From NCBI GenBank assembly GCA_002429485.1, contig DIZX01000015.1:325488-389487 (forward strand): DNA of 64,000 nt. Direction: 5' to 3'. This document shows, piece by piece, positions 39,835 to 50,143 of this stretch. The stretch comes from Patescibacteria group bacterium UBA6017 (lineage in GTDB: Bacteria > Patescibacteriota > Saccharimonadia > UBA4664). A model generated the notes under the pieces. It made no database searches. It was given only the letters and a program-made list of their open reading frames with translations, and was not told where the DNA came from. Each line of letters begins with the position of its first letter. Position 1 is the stretch's first letter. Both the position numbers and the translations under genes were made by a program.

Positions 39835-41775
39835 ATGGGAAAAATCATCGGAATCGATCTGGGAACCACCAACTCGGCTATGGCCGTAATGGAAGGTGGC
39901 CAGCCCACTATCATCGCCAACGCTGAGGGCGGACGCACTACGCCGTCGATGGTCGCGGTGTCCAAAAACGGCGAGCGTCTAGTGGGCCAAGTCGCCAAGC
40001 GCCAGTCGGTGATCAACGGCGATAACACCATCTACAGCGTTAAGCGCCTCATCGGCCGCAAGTTTGAAGACCCGGAAGTGCAGCGCGACATCAAGCTCAT
40101 GGCCTACAAGATCGTCAAATCCGGCGACGCCGTGAAGGTCAAGATGGGCGACAAGGAGTACACTTCCGAAGAAGTCTCCGCCATGATCCTCAGTAAGCTC
40201 AAGGCCGACGCCGAAGCCTTCCTGGGCTCGACCGTTACCGAAGCCGTCATTACCGTGCCGGCCTACTTCAGCGACGCTCAGCGCCAGGCCACCAAAGATG
40301 CCGGTAAAATTGCCGGTCTTGAGGTCAAACGCATCATCAACGAGCCCACCGCCGCCGCTCTGGCCTACGGTCTCGAGAAGAAAAAAGAAGAGAAGATCAT
40401 CGTTTACGACCTCGGTGGCGGTACCTTCGACGTTTCCGTGCTCGAGCTCGGCGACGGCGTCTTTGAGGTCAAGTCCACCAACGGCAATACCCACCTCGGT
40501 GGCGATGATTTCGACCTCGTCATAATGAACTTCCTGGTGGATGAATTTAAGCGCGAGCAGGGAATTGACCTCAAGGAAGACAAAGCCGCCGTCCAGCGCC
40601 TCAAAGAAGCTGCCGAAAAGGCCAAGATTGAGCTTTCGACCACCAACGAGTCCGAGATCAACCTGCCCTTCATCACCGCCGACGCATCTGGCCCCAAGCA
40701 CTTCACCTACACCATGACCCGCGCCAAGCTCGAGAGCCTGGTGGGTGATCTGGTCGACAAAACTGGCGCCCCTTGCCTGGCTGCCCTCAAAGACGCCGGC
40801 CTGAGCAAATCCGATATCAACGAAATTGTCCTCGTCGGCGGCATGACCCGCATGCCCGCCGTCCAGGCCAAGGTCGAAGAACTCTTCGGCAAGAAGCCTC
40901 TCCAAGGCGTTAACCCCGACGAAGTTGTGGCCATCGGTGCCGCTGTTCAGGGTGGTGTGCTCGCCGGTGACGTCAAGGACGTCCTCCTGCTCGACGTTAC
41001 TCCGCTCTCGCTCTCCATCGAAACCATGGGCGGCGTCGCCACCCGCATGATCGAGCGCAACACCACCATTCCTACCAGTAAATCTCAGGTCTACTCCACC
41101 GCCGCCGATTCTCAGACTCAGGTCGAAATCAACGTCCTCCAGGGTGAGCGCGAGTTTGCCGCCGACAACAAGTCTCTCGGCCGTTTCGTGCTCGACGGCA
41201 TCCCGCCTGCTCCCCGCGGCATTCCTCAGATCGAAGTCACCTTTAATATCGACGCCAACGGTATTGTGAACGTCAAAGCTTCCGACAAGGGTAGCGGCAA
41301 AGAGCAGCACGTGACCATTCAAAACTCCGGCAACCTCAGTGAGGACGAAGTGAAGCACATGCAGCAAGAGGCCGAGGCCAACGCCGAGACCGACAAGGCT
41401 CGCAAGGCCCTTATTGAGGCCCGCAACCACCTCGACAGCCTCATCTATACTGCCGAGAAGACCGTCAAAGATGCTGGCGACAAAGCTCCCGAGGACGACA
41501 AGAAGGCCGTCGAAGAGGCCGTCACCGTCTCCAAGGAACTCCTCGCCAAAGAGGGCGTCGAAAAAGACGAGCTCGAGAAGCAGGCCATGGACCTGTCCGA
41601 GAAAATGCAAAAAGTCGGCGCTGCCATGTACGCCGCCGGCGGTCCGTCCGAAGCAGGTGAGCCCGGCACCGAAGGGGCTCCAGAAGAAGTCGAATCTCAC
41701 GAAACTGAAGGCCGCACCGACGAGCCAGTTGAAGGCGAAGTGGTCGATGAGGGCGGCAAAGACAAAGCTAAATAG
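39835..41775 (+). CDS. dnaK: molecular chaperone DnaK (Hsp70)
   Basis: [17 protein letters not shown], and other Hsp70 signatures. 646 aa. Confidence 0.97.
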   Translation: MGKIIGIDLGTTNSAMAVMEGGQPTIIANAEGGRTTPSMVAVSKNGERLVGQVAKRQSVINGDNTIYSVKRLIGRKFEDPEVQRDIKLMAYKIVKSGDAVKVKMGDKEYTSEEVSAMILSKLKADAEAFLGSTVTEAVITVPAYFSDAQRQATKDAGKIAGLEVKRIINEPTAAALAYGLEKKKEEKIIVYDLGGGTFDVSVLELGDGVFEVKSTNGNTHLGGDDFDLVIMNFLVDEFKREQGIDLKEDKAAVQRLKEAAEKAKIELSTTNESEINLPFITADASGPKHFTYTMTRAKLESLVGDLVDKTGAPCLAALKDAGLSKSDINEIVLVGGMTRMPAVQAKVEELFGKKPLQGVNPDEVVAIGAAVQGGVLAGDVKDVLLLDVTPLSLSIETMGGVATRMIERNTTIPTSKSQVYSTAADSQTQVEINVLQGEREFAADNKSLGRFVLDGIPPAPRGIPQIEVTFNIDANGIVNVKASDKGSGKEQHVTIQNSGNLSEDEVKHMQQEAEANAETDKARKALIEARNHLDSLIYTAEKTVKDAGDKAPEDDKKAVEEAVTVSKELLAKEGVEKDELEKQAMDLSEKMQKVGAAMYAAGGPSEAGEPGTEGAPEEVESHETEGRTDEPVEGEVVDEGGKDKAK

Positions 41776-41917
41776 GTAAGCGCGCCGGGTCTTTCCGGCC
41801 GCCCAACTATTACTTCAAAATTACTCTCCTGAAAAGAGTAATTTCGCGGGGGTAAATCTCTCCTTATGACAGCGTTGACATTCTCGCTCAAACTTAGTAA
41901 TCTGAACTCAAGTCACC

Positions 41918-41950
41918 CCGCTTGGAGTCCAGCCTCGCGGGGCTTTTGTT
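41918..41950 (+). terminator. intrinsic terminator after dnaK
   Basis: ccccgc-ttggagtccagcct-gcgggg followed by cttttgtttg. An additional perfect 8-bp hairpin sits at 41818-41846. Confidence 0.65.
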
Positions 41951-41984
41951 TGAGGGGGCCCCGAAGTGGTAAGGTATAACAACT

Positions 41985-42602
41985 ATGATAATTTATCTCG
42001 ATGGCGAAAACGTTGTTCACCAGATCATGGATGTACTCCGACGCTCCGGCCGCTTCCAGACCCGCGACGATTTACTCAAGGTCAACCTAGTGGAGCTCAT
42101 TAAGCAGCTCGTGGGCCCGGTAGATTTCAAAGTGAAGTATTACACCACCACCCTCCAGCTCGTCAAAACCGACGAGGATATGGAAAAGCGCAGCGCCGAC
42201 ATGATCGCCTGGACCGCCAAGTGGGTCAATCACCTCACCGATCAGGGCATCGAAGTCATCAAAGCCGGTAAGCTAATGGCCCGTGATGGCATTACTTGCA
42301 AGAACTGCGGTCACCGTGAGCCGGTATTCCGGGAAAAAGGGGTTGATGTTCGTCTGGCGGTTGATCTGGTGGTAGATTCCGACACCGACAAAACCCTGGT
42401 CATCTGGAGCTCCGACGGCGATTTGCTGCCCGCGATTGAAGTTGCCAAAAGCCGCGGCGCCCGGGTGAAGAATCTAGCCCACAAGGATCAGCTCAACTGG
42501 GGCCTCGCCCGTCAGGCCGGCGAGTGGCAGACCTACAAGGACGGCCAGTTGATCAAGATATTCGATAAAATGAATGAGACTACCGATGCCAACCAAGCGT
42601 GA
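41985..42602 (+). CDS. NYN-domain (LabA-like) protein with an embedded CxxC zinc-ribbon insert
   Basis: MIIYLDGENV...LVIWSSDGDLLPAIEVAKSRGARV is the NYN/LabA PIN-like pattern. CKNCGH insert. Lies between dnaK and dnaJ. Confidence 0.65.
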   Translation: MIIYLDGENVVHQIMDVLRRSGRFQTRDDLLKVNLVELIKQLVGPVDFKVKYYTTTLQLVKTDEDMEKRSADMIAWTAKWVNHLTDQGIEVIKAGKLMARDGITCKNCGHREPVFREKGVDVRLAVDLVVDSDTDKTLVIWSSDGDLLPAIEVAKSRGARVKNLAHKDQLNWGLARQAGEWQTYKDGQLIKIFDKMNETTDANQA

Positions 42603-43686
42603 TTATTACGATATTTTAGGAGTTTCCAAGTCCGCCACGCCGGACGAGATCAAGCGCGCCTACCGCAAGCAGGCCATGGAGCACCATCCCGACAAGCACG
42701 GCGGCGACGATGCCAACTTCAAGGAGCTCGGCGAGGCCTACGAAACGCTCAAAGACCCGCAGAAGCGCGCCGGATACGATCAATACGGCCAGGCCGGAGC
42801 GCAGGGTAATCCATTTGGCGGCGGGGGAGCCGGCCAGGCGGGCGGTTTCGATTTCAACGGCGCCGGCTTCGATTTTTCCGATATTCTCAACCAGTTTATG
42901 GGCGGCAGCGGCGGCCAAGCTCACCGTGGACCGGCCCAAGGCCGCGACCTGGAAGTCAGTATCACCATCGAGTTCATCGATGCCGTTTTCGGTACCGAAT
43001 CAGACATCACCCTCAGCCTCGACGACGCCTGCGAGCACTGCAAGGGCAACGGCGCCGAGCCCGGCTCCAGGCTCAAGACCTGCGCCACCTGTAAGGGCCA
43101 CGGGCAGGTCACGCGCGTACAGCAGACTATCCTCGGTGCGATGCAGCAAACGGGCGTCTGCCCCACGTGTTCCGGCCGCGGGCAAGTCCCCGAGAAGCCC
43201 TGTACCGTCTGTCACGGCGCGGGCGTGATGCGCCGCAGCAAAACTATCGGCATCAAGATTCCGGCCGGCGTCGATGACGGCGCCACTATGCGCCTCAGCG
43301 GCAAGGGCGCCGCACCCAAGGGTGGGGGAGCCAAGGGTGATCTGTACGTCCAAATCCGCGTGCGCCCCGACCGCCGCTTTGTCCGCAGCGGCCGCGACAT
43401 CCATTCCGAAGCCAAAATTGCCATGGCCGACGCCGCCCTCGGCACTGAGATTGAGGTCGAAACCGTCGACGGCAATGTTACGCTCAAAATTCCAGCCGGC
43501 ACCCAGAGCGGCAAAGTTCTACGACTCACCGGCCGCGGCGTGCCCGTGCTCGGTCGCACCAATCGCGGCGACCATCTGGTGAAAGTGAACGTCGATATTC
43601 CCACCAAGCTATCCGCCAAACAACGCCAGCTGCTCGAAGAGTTCGCGGCCGAATCCGGCTCCAAAAAGAGCTTCTTTAAGCGCTAA
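42586..43686 (+). CDS. dnaJ: molecular chaperone DnaJ
   Basis: J-domain YYDILGV...HPDK; Gly-rich linker; four CxxCxGxG zinc-finger repeats. ATG 42586 is preferred over the track start at 42574. Confidence 0.9.
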   Translation: MPTKRDYYDILGVSKSATPDEIKRAYRKQAMEHHPDKHGGDDANFKELGEAYETLKDPQKRAGYDQYGQAGAQGNPFGGGGAGQAGGFDFNGAGFDFSDILNQFMGGSGGQAHRGPAQGRDLEVSITIEFIDAVFGTESDITLSLDDACEHCKGNGAEPGSRLKTCATCKGHGQVTRVQQTILGAMQQTGVCPTCSGRGQVPEKPCTVCHGAGVMRRSKTIGIKIPAGVDDGATMRLSGKGAAPKGGGAKGDLYVQIRVRPDRRFVRSGRDIHSEAKIAMADAALGTEIEVETVDGNVTLKIPAGTQSGKVLRLTGRGVPVLGRTNRGDHLVKVNVDIPTKLSAKQRQLLEEFAAESGSKKSFFKR

Positions 43687-43707
43687 CCGTACAGTAATCC
43701 AGATTAA

Positions 43708-44265
43708 TTACTGCGTAATACCGAGCGCATACCAGTCGGTGGGGTCCACTCCGGTCACGGTACCGCCTGCAGCCACAACTACGACCTCATTTTGGCCGTG
43801 CAATCCCATAGCACAGTCCGTCTTTGCACCGCACGTAACATACTTGTTGTAGTAGGCTTTGTACGAAGTCTTGTAGTCACCCTGCGGCGCTTTGAGGCTA
43901 GCGTATACCGTGTATGATCCGGCCGGTACCGTCAACTGATACCCCAGAGCATTCCCGGCAGCGTGGTCGACACAATATTTCGTTGCTGTATCGATAGTAC
44001 TGACTGCGCATACGGTTTGAGCAGGTGCCGTTCCAGCCGGATAGCCAACATTACCGGAGATTGTCCCCTTGGCAGCCGGAGTCGGTGTCGCCGCGCCCGC
44101 AGTCGGCGTTGGCATTCTCGCCCCCGTGGCCACCTGAGCGTTGACCCGGTCAAGCTCGCCCGTCTGCGACTGATATGCCACATACCAGGCTACGTTCGAT
44201 ACAATCAGCGCCAGTATCAAGATCGCGCCCATCAGCTTCGCCATACCAAATTTAAATCTATCCAT
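43708..44265 (-). CDS. hypothetical secreted protein (N-terminal TM/signal, Cys-containing)
   Basis: N-terminal hydrophobic anchor; Thr/Ala/Pro linker; C-terminal domain with 4 Cys. Confidence 0.45.
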   Translation of the reverse strand: MDRFKFGMAKLMGAILILALIVSNVAWYVAYQSQTGELDRVNAQVATGARMPTPTAGAATPTPAAKGTISGNVGYPAGTAPAQTVCAVSTIDTATKYCVDHAAGNALGYQLTVPAGSYTVYASLKAPQGDYKTSYKAYYNKYVTCGAKTDCAMGLHGQNEVVVVAAGGTVTGVDPTDWYALGITQ

Positions 44266-44331
44266 TTCAGTTCTCCCGTAGTGATACTCCGATTATACTG
44301 GGTGTTATACTAAAACAAACCATAAGCGCCA

Positions 44332-44814
44332 ATGCAAATGCCAGCCCTCAACGTTAATATCGTCATCATCGCCATCATGCTGGTGATGATGATGTATGGC
44401 TTTTTAGCCGGTAAACAGCGTCTACGAATTCTCATCCTCAGCGTCTACGTGGGCATTGTTCTCGCCGAACAATTAGCCAGCACGGTGGCCCCTAAGCTGT
44501 CGATGCTCGGCTCCGATCAGGTCAGCTGGCTGCTGCTGGGCCTGCCCATCTTGATCTTCGGCTTCGTCGGCTCCTCTCATGGCAAATCCCACGCCAAGGG
44601 CGCGTTTATTGCCAACCTTCTCGTTGGCCTGCTCACCGGCGCGCTAATCGTCTCGAGCGCACTACATTTACTCCCCACGAGCCAGATGGCCGCCATCGAC
44701 AACGACTCATTCCTAGCCACTAATCTGCAACAGTTTCACATCTGGTTTTTGGGTCTCTTGCCCGTCGCCGCGCTGCTTATGGGCATGATGAAGGGCGAAA
44801 AGAAGGCCCACTAA
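44332..44814 (+). CDS. hypothetical membrane protein (4-5 TM)
   Basis: Hydrophobic ORF with a His-rich loop (SSHGKSHAKG). Confidence 0.45.
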   Translation: MQMPALNVNIVIIAIMLVMMMYGFLAGKQRLRILILSVYVGIVLAEQLASTVAPKLSMLGSDQVSWLLLGLPILIFGFVGSSHGKSHAKGAFIANLLVGLLTGALIVSSALHLLPTSQMAAIDNDSFLATNLQQFHIWFLGLLPVAALLMGMMKGEKKAH

Positions 44815-44889
44815 TACCGGCCGCACCCCACTTGCGTTGCTTATGTGCCCCAGATAAGCTATTATTTAGCGGTTCAAAACATCCCGTAT

Positions 44890-44966
44890 GGGCCCATAGC
44901 TCAGTTGGTTAGAGCAGCTGCCTTTTAAGCAGCGTGTCCTGGGTTCGAGTCCCAGTGGGCCCTCCA
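44890..44966 (+). tRNA. tRNA-Lys (UUU)
   Basis: gggcccatagctcagttggttagagcagctgcctTTTaagcagc...ggttcgagtcccagtgggccctcca: cloverleaf with anticodon UUU. Confidence 0.85.
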
Positions 44967-44968
44967 TA

Positions 44969-45000
44969 ATAAACGCCTCACGCAAGTGGGGCGTTTATTT
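44969..45000 (+). terminator. intrinsic terminator after tRNA-Lys
   Basis: aaacgcc-tcacgcaagtg-gggcgttt followed by atttag. Confidence 0.7.
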
Positions 45001-45052
45001 AGTCTGCCAGAGGTACTCTTTTTCTCCCGTAAGCTGATATTATGGTTATGAA

Positions 45053-45562
45053 ATGCAATTCAAGGCCACAACCAAACTAGATAAAGCTTTTGAGATAGGT
45101 ATTATGCTCAAGGGTCTCGACGGTATTCTCGAGACCATCGGCGGACTTATCCTGCTTTTTATCAAGCCCGAATTTATCGGCAAAGTTGGCGTCTATCTGA
45201 CGGAACACGAATTATCCAATGATCCGCACGATTTTGTTGCTTCGCATATCTTGCATTCAACTCAAAATATCGGTCGCGGGGTTCTAATATTCGCGGCCGT
45301 TTATCTGTTGTCCCACGGCATTACCAAAATAATTCTAGTGGTAGAAATTCTGCGCAATCGGCTCTGGGCCTACCTGGGCCTAATTTATTTAACGGTCGGC
45401 TTCATTATTTATCAATCCTACCGCTATATTTTTTCACCCTCCTGGGGATTGGCCCTCTTTACGATTTACGACGTAATTGTGGTGGCATTAACGGTCCTCG
45501 AATATCGCAAACGCAAACTTGATCAGAAAAGCCCGGAACCAAAAGCGGCGCCTCAAGGGTGA
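45053..45562 (+). CDS. DUF2127-like membrane protein
   Basis: 4-TM protein with the LKGLDGILE...GGL N-terminal pattern typical of DUF2127. Lower GC than its neighbours. Confidence 0.55.
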   Translation: MQFKATTKLDKAFEIGIMLKGLDGILETIGGLILLFIKPEFIGKVGVYLTEHELSNDPHDFVASHILHSTQNIGRGVLIFAAVYLLSHGITKIILVVEILRNRLWAYLGLIYLTVGFIIYQSYRYIFSPSWGLALFTIYDVIVVALTVLEYRKRKLDQKSPEPKAAPQG

Positions 45563-45645
45563 ACTCCCGGGCGCCAGCGAGCGCCAGACAAGACAACGCG
45601 CTGATGAGCAAAGAGGTCGAGTTCGTGAGCCAGACCGGGAGTTTG
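45560..45645 (+). repeat. copy C of the conserved structured intergenic element (divergent closing stem, core conserved)
   Basis: The core cagcgagcgcc(a)gacaagacaacgc...gagcaaagaggtcgagttcgtgagc matches copies A and B. Closing stem aactcccggg/ccgggagtt is different sequence, same pairing. Confidence 0.55.
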
Positions 45646-45713
45646 CCCGCAAAAGCATAATTCTATATCCGCTTGAGCTTGTTTTTCAGGCTTGGCATGG
45701 CCATAATCGGCGC

Positions 45714-47138
45714 ATGCGCCGCACCACCCAGCTCAGCCTAATCTTTGGAGCCCTGATCGGCGGCGTGGCGTTGGGACGCTTCGGGCTCGCCGCCGGACCC
45801 GTCCCTCTCGTTGTGGCACTGCTGGCCTCACTTATACTCCGCCGGACCCGGCTGCTCACAACCTGCCTACTTCTCGCGGCCGCGGCTCTGGGCCTTTGGC
45901 GCGCCACAGCCTGGACGAGCGACCAGCATCGTCTCAGCGTCCTGATTGGCCAAACCGTCACCCTCACCGGCACCCTGGCCGACGATCCTAGTACCGGTGC
46001 GACCGGGCAAGTCGATTTTAAACTGGGCAACCTGCGTCTGGGCGGCCAGGCCCTTCCCGGCACCATCAGCGTGCACGAGTATCCCGTGCGGCTGCAGCGC
46101 GGCTACCACGTCCAGGTTGTTGGCAAAGTGGGGCCGGGATTCGGCAACGCCGTGGCCGAAATCGGTTTTCCCAAGCTAGAGGTACTGTCTACCTATCAGG
46201 ATCCGCTCGAACGCCTCCGTCAGCGCTTCTTCGTGGGCGTCAAAACCGCTCTGCCCGAGCCTATTGCCTCGTTTGGCCTGGGGCTGCTGGTCGGCATTCG
46301 GGCGCTCATCCCCAAAGATATGCAGACAGAACTCACGTTGGTCGGCCTGTCGCACCTGGTGGCCGTTTCCGGCTATAACCTCACTATCATCGTGGCAGCC
46401 GTCGACCGGGCGCTCAAACGTGCCGGCCGCGGGGTGGCACTGGCTATCTCGCTCTGGCTGATAGTCGGGTTCCTGATCGTCACTGGCGCCAGCGCCTCGA
46501 TTGTGCGTGCCAGTCTGGTGAGCGTGCTTTCTCTCCTCGCTAGTTTCTACGGCTTGCGCTTCAATCCGCTCACCCTGATCCTCCTCGTCGCCGGCGTCAC
46601 GGCTGCTGCCGAGCCAAGCTATCTCACCGATCTGGGCTGGTTGTTGTCATTCTTGGCGTTCTTCGGGATTTTGGTCGTGGCGCCGGCGGTCGAAGCCCGG
46701 CTGGGTAATCCCAAATCAATTCTTGTTAAGCTATTCATTGAGTCATTTACCGCCCAAATCCTCACGTTGCCATTGATTCTCTTCATGTTTGGGCAATTAT
46801 CGATTGTGGCGCCATTTAGTAACCTGGTGATCCTGCCGCTGGTGCCGCTCGCCATGGCCGTTAGTTTCGTCGCCGGTCTAGCCGGGATGCTCGTCCCCGC
46901 ATTTGCCGGTTGGTTCGCCTGGCCGGCCATGCTCGTGCTCGGTTTTATCAAGGCCGTCATCGACCAGTTCGCCGGTCTGCCCTGGGCCGGCCGTACCGAT
47001 CACATCACTCTCGGGGTAATGCTCGTCATGTACGTCATCATTCTGGCCGGCACGGTCGCCATCAAGCGGGCTAACTCCCGGGGCAACCGCACGGAGGCTC
47101 CCAGCTCTCATTTACTCGAACCCGTCAAAATTACCTAG
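45714..47138 (+). CDS. comEC: ComEC/Rec2-family DNA internalisation channel protein
   Basis: Polytopic membrane protein with competence-domain blocks (LVGLSHLVAVSGYNLTII, SASIVRASLVSVL). ATG 45714; the track 5' extension to 45519 overlaps copy C and the upstream gene. Confidence 0.75.
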   Translation: MRRTTQLSLIFGALIGGVALGRFGLAAGPVPLVVALLASLILRRTRLLTTCLLLAAAALGLWRATAWTSDQHRLSVLIGQTVTLTGTLADDPSTGATGQVDFKLGNLRLGGQALPGTISVHEYPVRLQRGYHVQVVGKVGPGFGNAVAEIGFPKLEVLSTYQDPLERLRQRFFVGVKTALPEPIASFGLGLLVGIRALIPKDMQTELTLVGLSHLVAVSGYNLTIIVAAVDRALKRAGRGVALAISLWLIVGFLIVTGASASIVRASLVSVLSLLASFYGLRFNPLTLILLVAGVTAAAEPSYLTDLGWLLSFLAFFGILVVAPAVEARLGNPKSILVKLFIESFTAQILTLPLILFMFGQLSIVAPFSNLVILPLVPLAMAVSFVAGLAGMLVPAFAGWFAWPAMLVLGFIKAVIDQFAGLPWAGRTDHITLGVMLVMYVIILAGTVAIKRANSRGNRTEAPSSHLLEPVKIT

Positions 47139-47229
47139 CAGATCATCCCGCGTTAGTGCTTAAGCCTGCAAATGAGCTCAATACTGCTATAATTGCCGTA
47201 ATATATATCCTTAAACGAGAGGATCCGCC

Positions 47230-47970
47230 ATGTCCGGTCACTCCAAATGGGCCTCAATTAAGCATCAAAAAGGCGTCAAAGACGCCCGCCGCGGCGTCAG
47301 CTTTACCAAATTTGCCAACCTTATCTCCGTCGCTGCTCGTGCTGGCGCTGATCCCGACACCAACTTCAAACTCCGTCTCGCCCTCGATCAGGCCCGCAAA
47401 TCCGGCGTCCCCAACGCCAACATCGATCGCGCCATCAAGCGCGGCTCTGGTCAGGACGGCTCCACGACCTTCGAAGAGATCATCTATGAAGGTTACGGGC
47501 CCGGCGGAGTAGCCGTGATCGTGGAGGCCGCCACCGACAATCGCAACCGCACCGCCCCCGAAGTCCGAGCCGCTTTCGGTAAGCACGGGGGCTCGCTCGG
47601 TGTTTCCGGCTCCGTATTATTCCAGTTTACCCAGCACGGCGTTATCGTGACCCCCGCTACTGACATGGACGCGGCCACTATGGATGCCATTGAGGCCGGC
47701 GCTCAGGACGTTGAAGAGGCCGAAGGTCATCTTATCGTCTACACCCTGCCTACCGACCTCGATCATGTGCGTAAGGCCCTCGTGGCCGCCAAACACCAGA
47801 TCGACAAGGCTGAGCTCTCATTCGAGCCCAACACCCACGTCGAAGTCACCGACGAGGCCACCGCCCGCAAACTTTTGAAAATGATGGACGCCATCGATGA
47901 ACTCGACGACGTCACCGGCACCTACTCCAATTTCGACATTTCGCCAGAGTTAATGGAAAAACTCGACTAA
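47230..47970 (+). CDS. yebC: YebC/PmpR-family DNA-binding regulator
   Basis: MSGHSKWASIKHQKG...NIDRAIKRG hallmark N-terminus. Confidence 0.9.
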   Translation: MSGHSKWASIKHQKGVKDARRGVSFTKFANLISVAARAGADPDTNFKLRLALDQARKSGVPNANIDRAIKRGSGQDGSTTFEEIIYEGYGPGGVAVIVEAATDNRNRTAPEVRAAFGKHGGSLGVSGSVLFQFTQHGVIVTPATDMDAATMDAIEAGAQDVEEAEGHLIVYTLPTDLDHVRKALVAAKHQIDKAELSFEPNTHVEVTDEATARKLLKMMDAIDELDDVTGTYSNFDISPELMEKLD

Positions 47971-47992
47971 TTCGCAGTGCTAAGATAGCACC

Positions 47993-48490
47993 ATGAGAAT
48001 TATCGGCGTAGACCCCGGCACCGCCACTACCGGCTTTGGCATTATTGAGCACAATCATGGCCGGTTCGTCTTTGTGGATGCGGGCGTGATTACCACACCG
48101 GCGGGTCAGCCCATGCCCGAACGCCTCATCACTCTGCATACCGAGCTGGCGCAGGTCATCCGCGAGACTTCGCCGGAGCAGGCCGCGGTCGAATCGCTCT
48201 TCTTTGCCACCAATGTCACCACGGCCATTACCGTCGGTCAGGCTAGGGGAGTCATCCTGCTCACGCTCGCCGAAGCCGGTTTAATTGCCTTCGACTACAC
48301 CCCCATGCAGATCAAGCAGGCCGTTACCGGCTGGGGCGGTGCCAAAAAGCCTCAAATCCAGGAAATGGTCAAAACCTTGCTCAAGCTATCGCATATTCCC
48401 AGGCCCGACGACGCCGCCGACGGCCTGGCTATCGCCATTACTCATGCCAACCAAATGGTCGTCAGCGCACGGCCGGATCGTACAGTTTAG
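47993..48490 (+). CDS. ruvC: Holliday junction resolvase RuvC
   Basis: MRIIGVDPGTATTGFG catalytic Asp motif. 165 aa. Confidence 0.9.
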   Translation: MRIIGVDPGTATTGFGIIEHNHGRFVFVDAGVITTPAGQPMPERLITLHTELAQVIRETSPEQAAVESLFFATNVTTAITVGQARGVILLTLAEAGLIAFDYTPMQIKQAVTGWGGAKKPQIQEMVKTLLKLSHIPRPDDAADGLAIAITHANQMVVSARPDRTV

Positions 48491-50096
48491 CGTAGTAGTC
48501 ATCGAGCATTCTCGTGGCTGTAAAATTATTCAAAATCAGCTCAATATTCGCCCGCATCATGGCTATCCAATCTTCGGGTATTCCGTCAGCGTTCCGGGTG
48601 TAATATAGCGGCGCAACGGTGTGTTCGAGCGTGTCATAAAGCGCCTCAGCCGGATTATGCTCGGGCACTTCCCAGCCGATTTGACCTATATTAACCTCGT
48701 CCAACCATCCATCTGAGGTCGAAAATTGCAGAGCTCCATTCAGACTGGCTTTCATCCCTGAGGTTCCGCAGGCCTCGTATCCGCGAATCGGAGTATTTAG
48801 CCATAAATCTGCTCCCCCGACCAACATTTTCGCGCTCACCGGATTGTAGTTTGGCAGATACGCAAACCGTGGCTCCAAGCCCGGGCTCTTGGATGCGGCG
48901 ATCACCCTATTCATCAAGTCTGCCCCGACGGTATCCGTGGGGTTGGCCCTCCCCGCCACCACAAACTGAACGGGCCGCGAGGCATGATGGGCTAATTTAC
49001 CCAAGCGCTTCAGGTCATTTATGAGCAGCTCGGGGCGCTTATACGACGCCATGCGCCGGGCCCATACCACGGTCAACGCATCGGGGTCGAGCCGATCGCC
49101 GGTCCGAGCCTCAATCAATTCCAGCAACGCCCGTTTATTATCGATATGTTTGGCCCACATTTCCGCGTCCGATAGTGCTAGCGGTGATTCATTCCAGTTC
49201 TTCGCTGCCCAGCGCCCCCGGAACACCCCGTTGGTAATAGCCACCAGCTTACTCGTAGGATGATCGTGCAGCTCAGCCTCAACATGGATCTTCGACACTC
49301 CGTTCGCCCGCCGCACTATCTCCATCAACAGCTTGGTATCAGAGTAATCTCCGCTGGGCAGATTGGCGAACTCTTTTAGCTCGTCAAAGGCCGCGCCGTG
49401 AGACTCGAGCAATGGGCCCAGTTGGTGATAAACGCTTCCCCAATCGAGCAAAATTCCCGCGCCTGATAATATTGTGTGCTTGGTGCCCACTAATCGCTCG
49501 CGTACGGCCTCTAGTGCTTGTTTTAGCGACAGCTCCGGCCGAGCTGTCTTCTCCCGTAACGCTACCGCCAACCCGGCCATTGCCGCGTGCCCCTCGTTCA
49601 GGTGATATACATTCGGCTTCACTTCGAGCTCATCGAGCATCGCCGTACCGCCGAAGCCCAGGCAGATCTCTTGCGCCAATTGCAGGCTCGGATCTGAGGC
49701 ATATAGCCGGTCGCAGATCGCCCGGTCGACGGGGGCATTCTTCGCCAGGTTCGTATCTAGCAGAATCAACCGAGTATTGCCCCAGGTCTTCACCCATGCC
49801 TGCATCACCACCGTGCGCTTCGAGATCAAAACACTCGCCAAAATAGGCTTTCCTAAAGCATTTTTCGCAATCTCAAATCCGTTAACTTTCAAGCGTTTTG
49901 TCATCGGCCGCTGGTCCGGATCGTCGCCGGTAAACGCCAGATGATATATCAGGCCAACGGCGTTGAATGAGCGATTTTGCTCCGCCGCCTCCAGTACCAA
50001 ATCGGCAGCCAGAACCCCCAGCCCGCCGGCATAGATCGGCATATCATCGGCAATGGCATACTCTGCCGAAAAATAGGCAACGGTCGGCTGGTTCAT
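48462..50096 (-). CDS. glgP: alpha-glucan family phosphorylase (short GT35-type)
   Basis: N-terminal YFSAEY...GGLG(V)LA block and the pyridoxal-phosphate Lys region; about 545 aa like the Thermotoga/archaeal short phosphorylases. Converges on ruvC with a 29-nt overlap. Confidence 0.75.
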   Translation of the reverse strand: MNQPTVAYFSAEYAIADDMPIYAGGLGVLAADLVLEAAEQNRSFNAVGLIYHLAFTGDDPDQRPMTKRLKVNGFEIAKNALGKPILASVLISKRTVVMQAWVKTWGNTRLILLDTNLAKNAPVDRAICDRLYASDPSLQLAQEICLGFGGTAMLDELEVKPNVYHLNEGHAAMAGLAVALREKTARPELSLKQALEAVRERLVGTKHTILSGAGILLDWGSVYHQLGPLLESHGAAFDELKEFANLPSGDYSDTKLLMEIVRRANGVSKIHVEAELHDHPTSKLVAITNGVFRGRWAAKNWNESPLALSDAEMWAKHIDNKRALLELIEARTGDRLDPDALTVVWARRMASYKRPELLINDLKRLGKLAHHASRPVQFVVAGRANPTDTVGADLMNRVIAASKSPGLEPRFAYLPNYNPVSAKMLVGGADLWLNTPIRGYEACGTSGMKASLNGALQFSTSDGWLDEVNIGQIGWEVPEHNPAEALYDTLEHTVAPLYYTRNADGIPEDWIAMMRANIELILNNFTATRMLDDYYAKLYDPAVR

Positions 50097-50143
50097 AAGG
50101 TTCCTTTTATCTTCATACCAATATCATAACGTAATCTGGTAAG

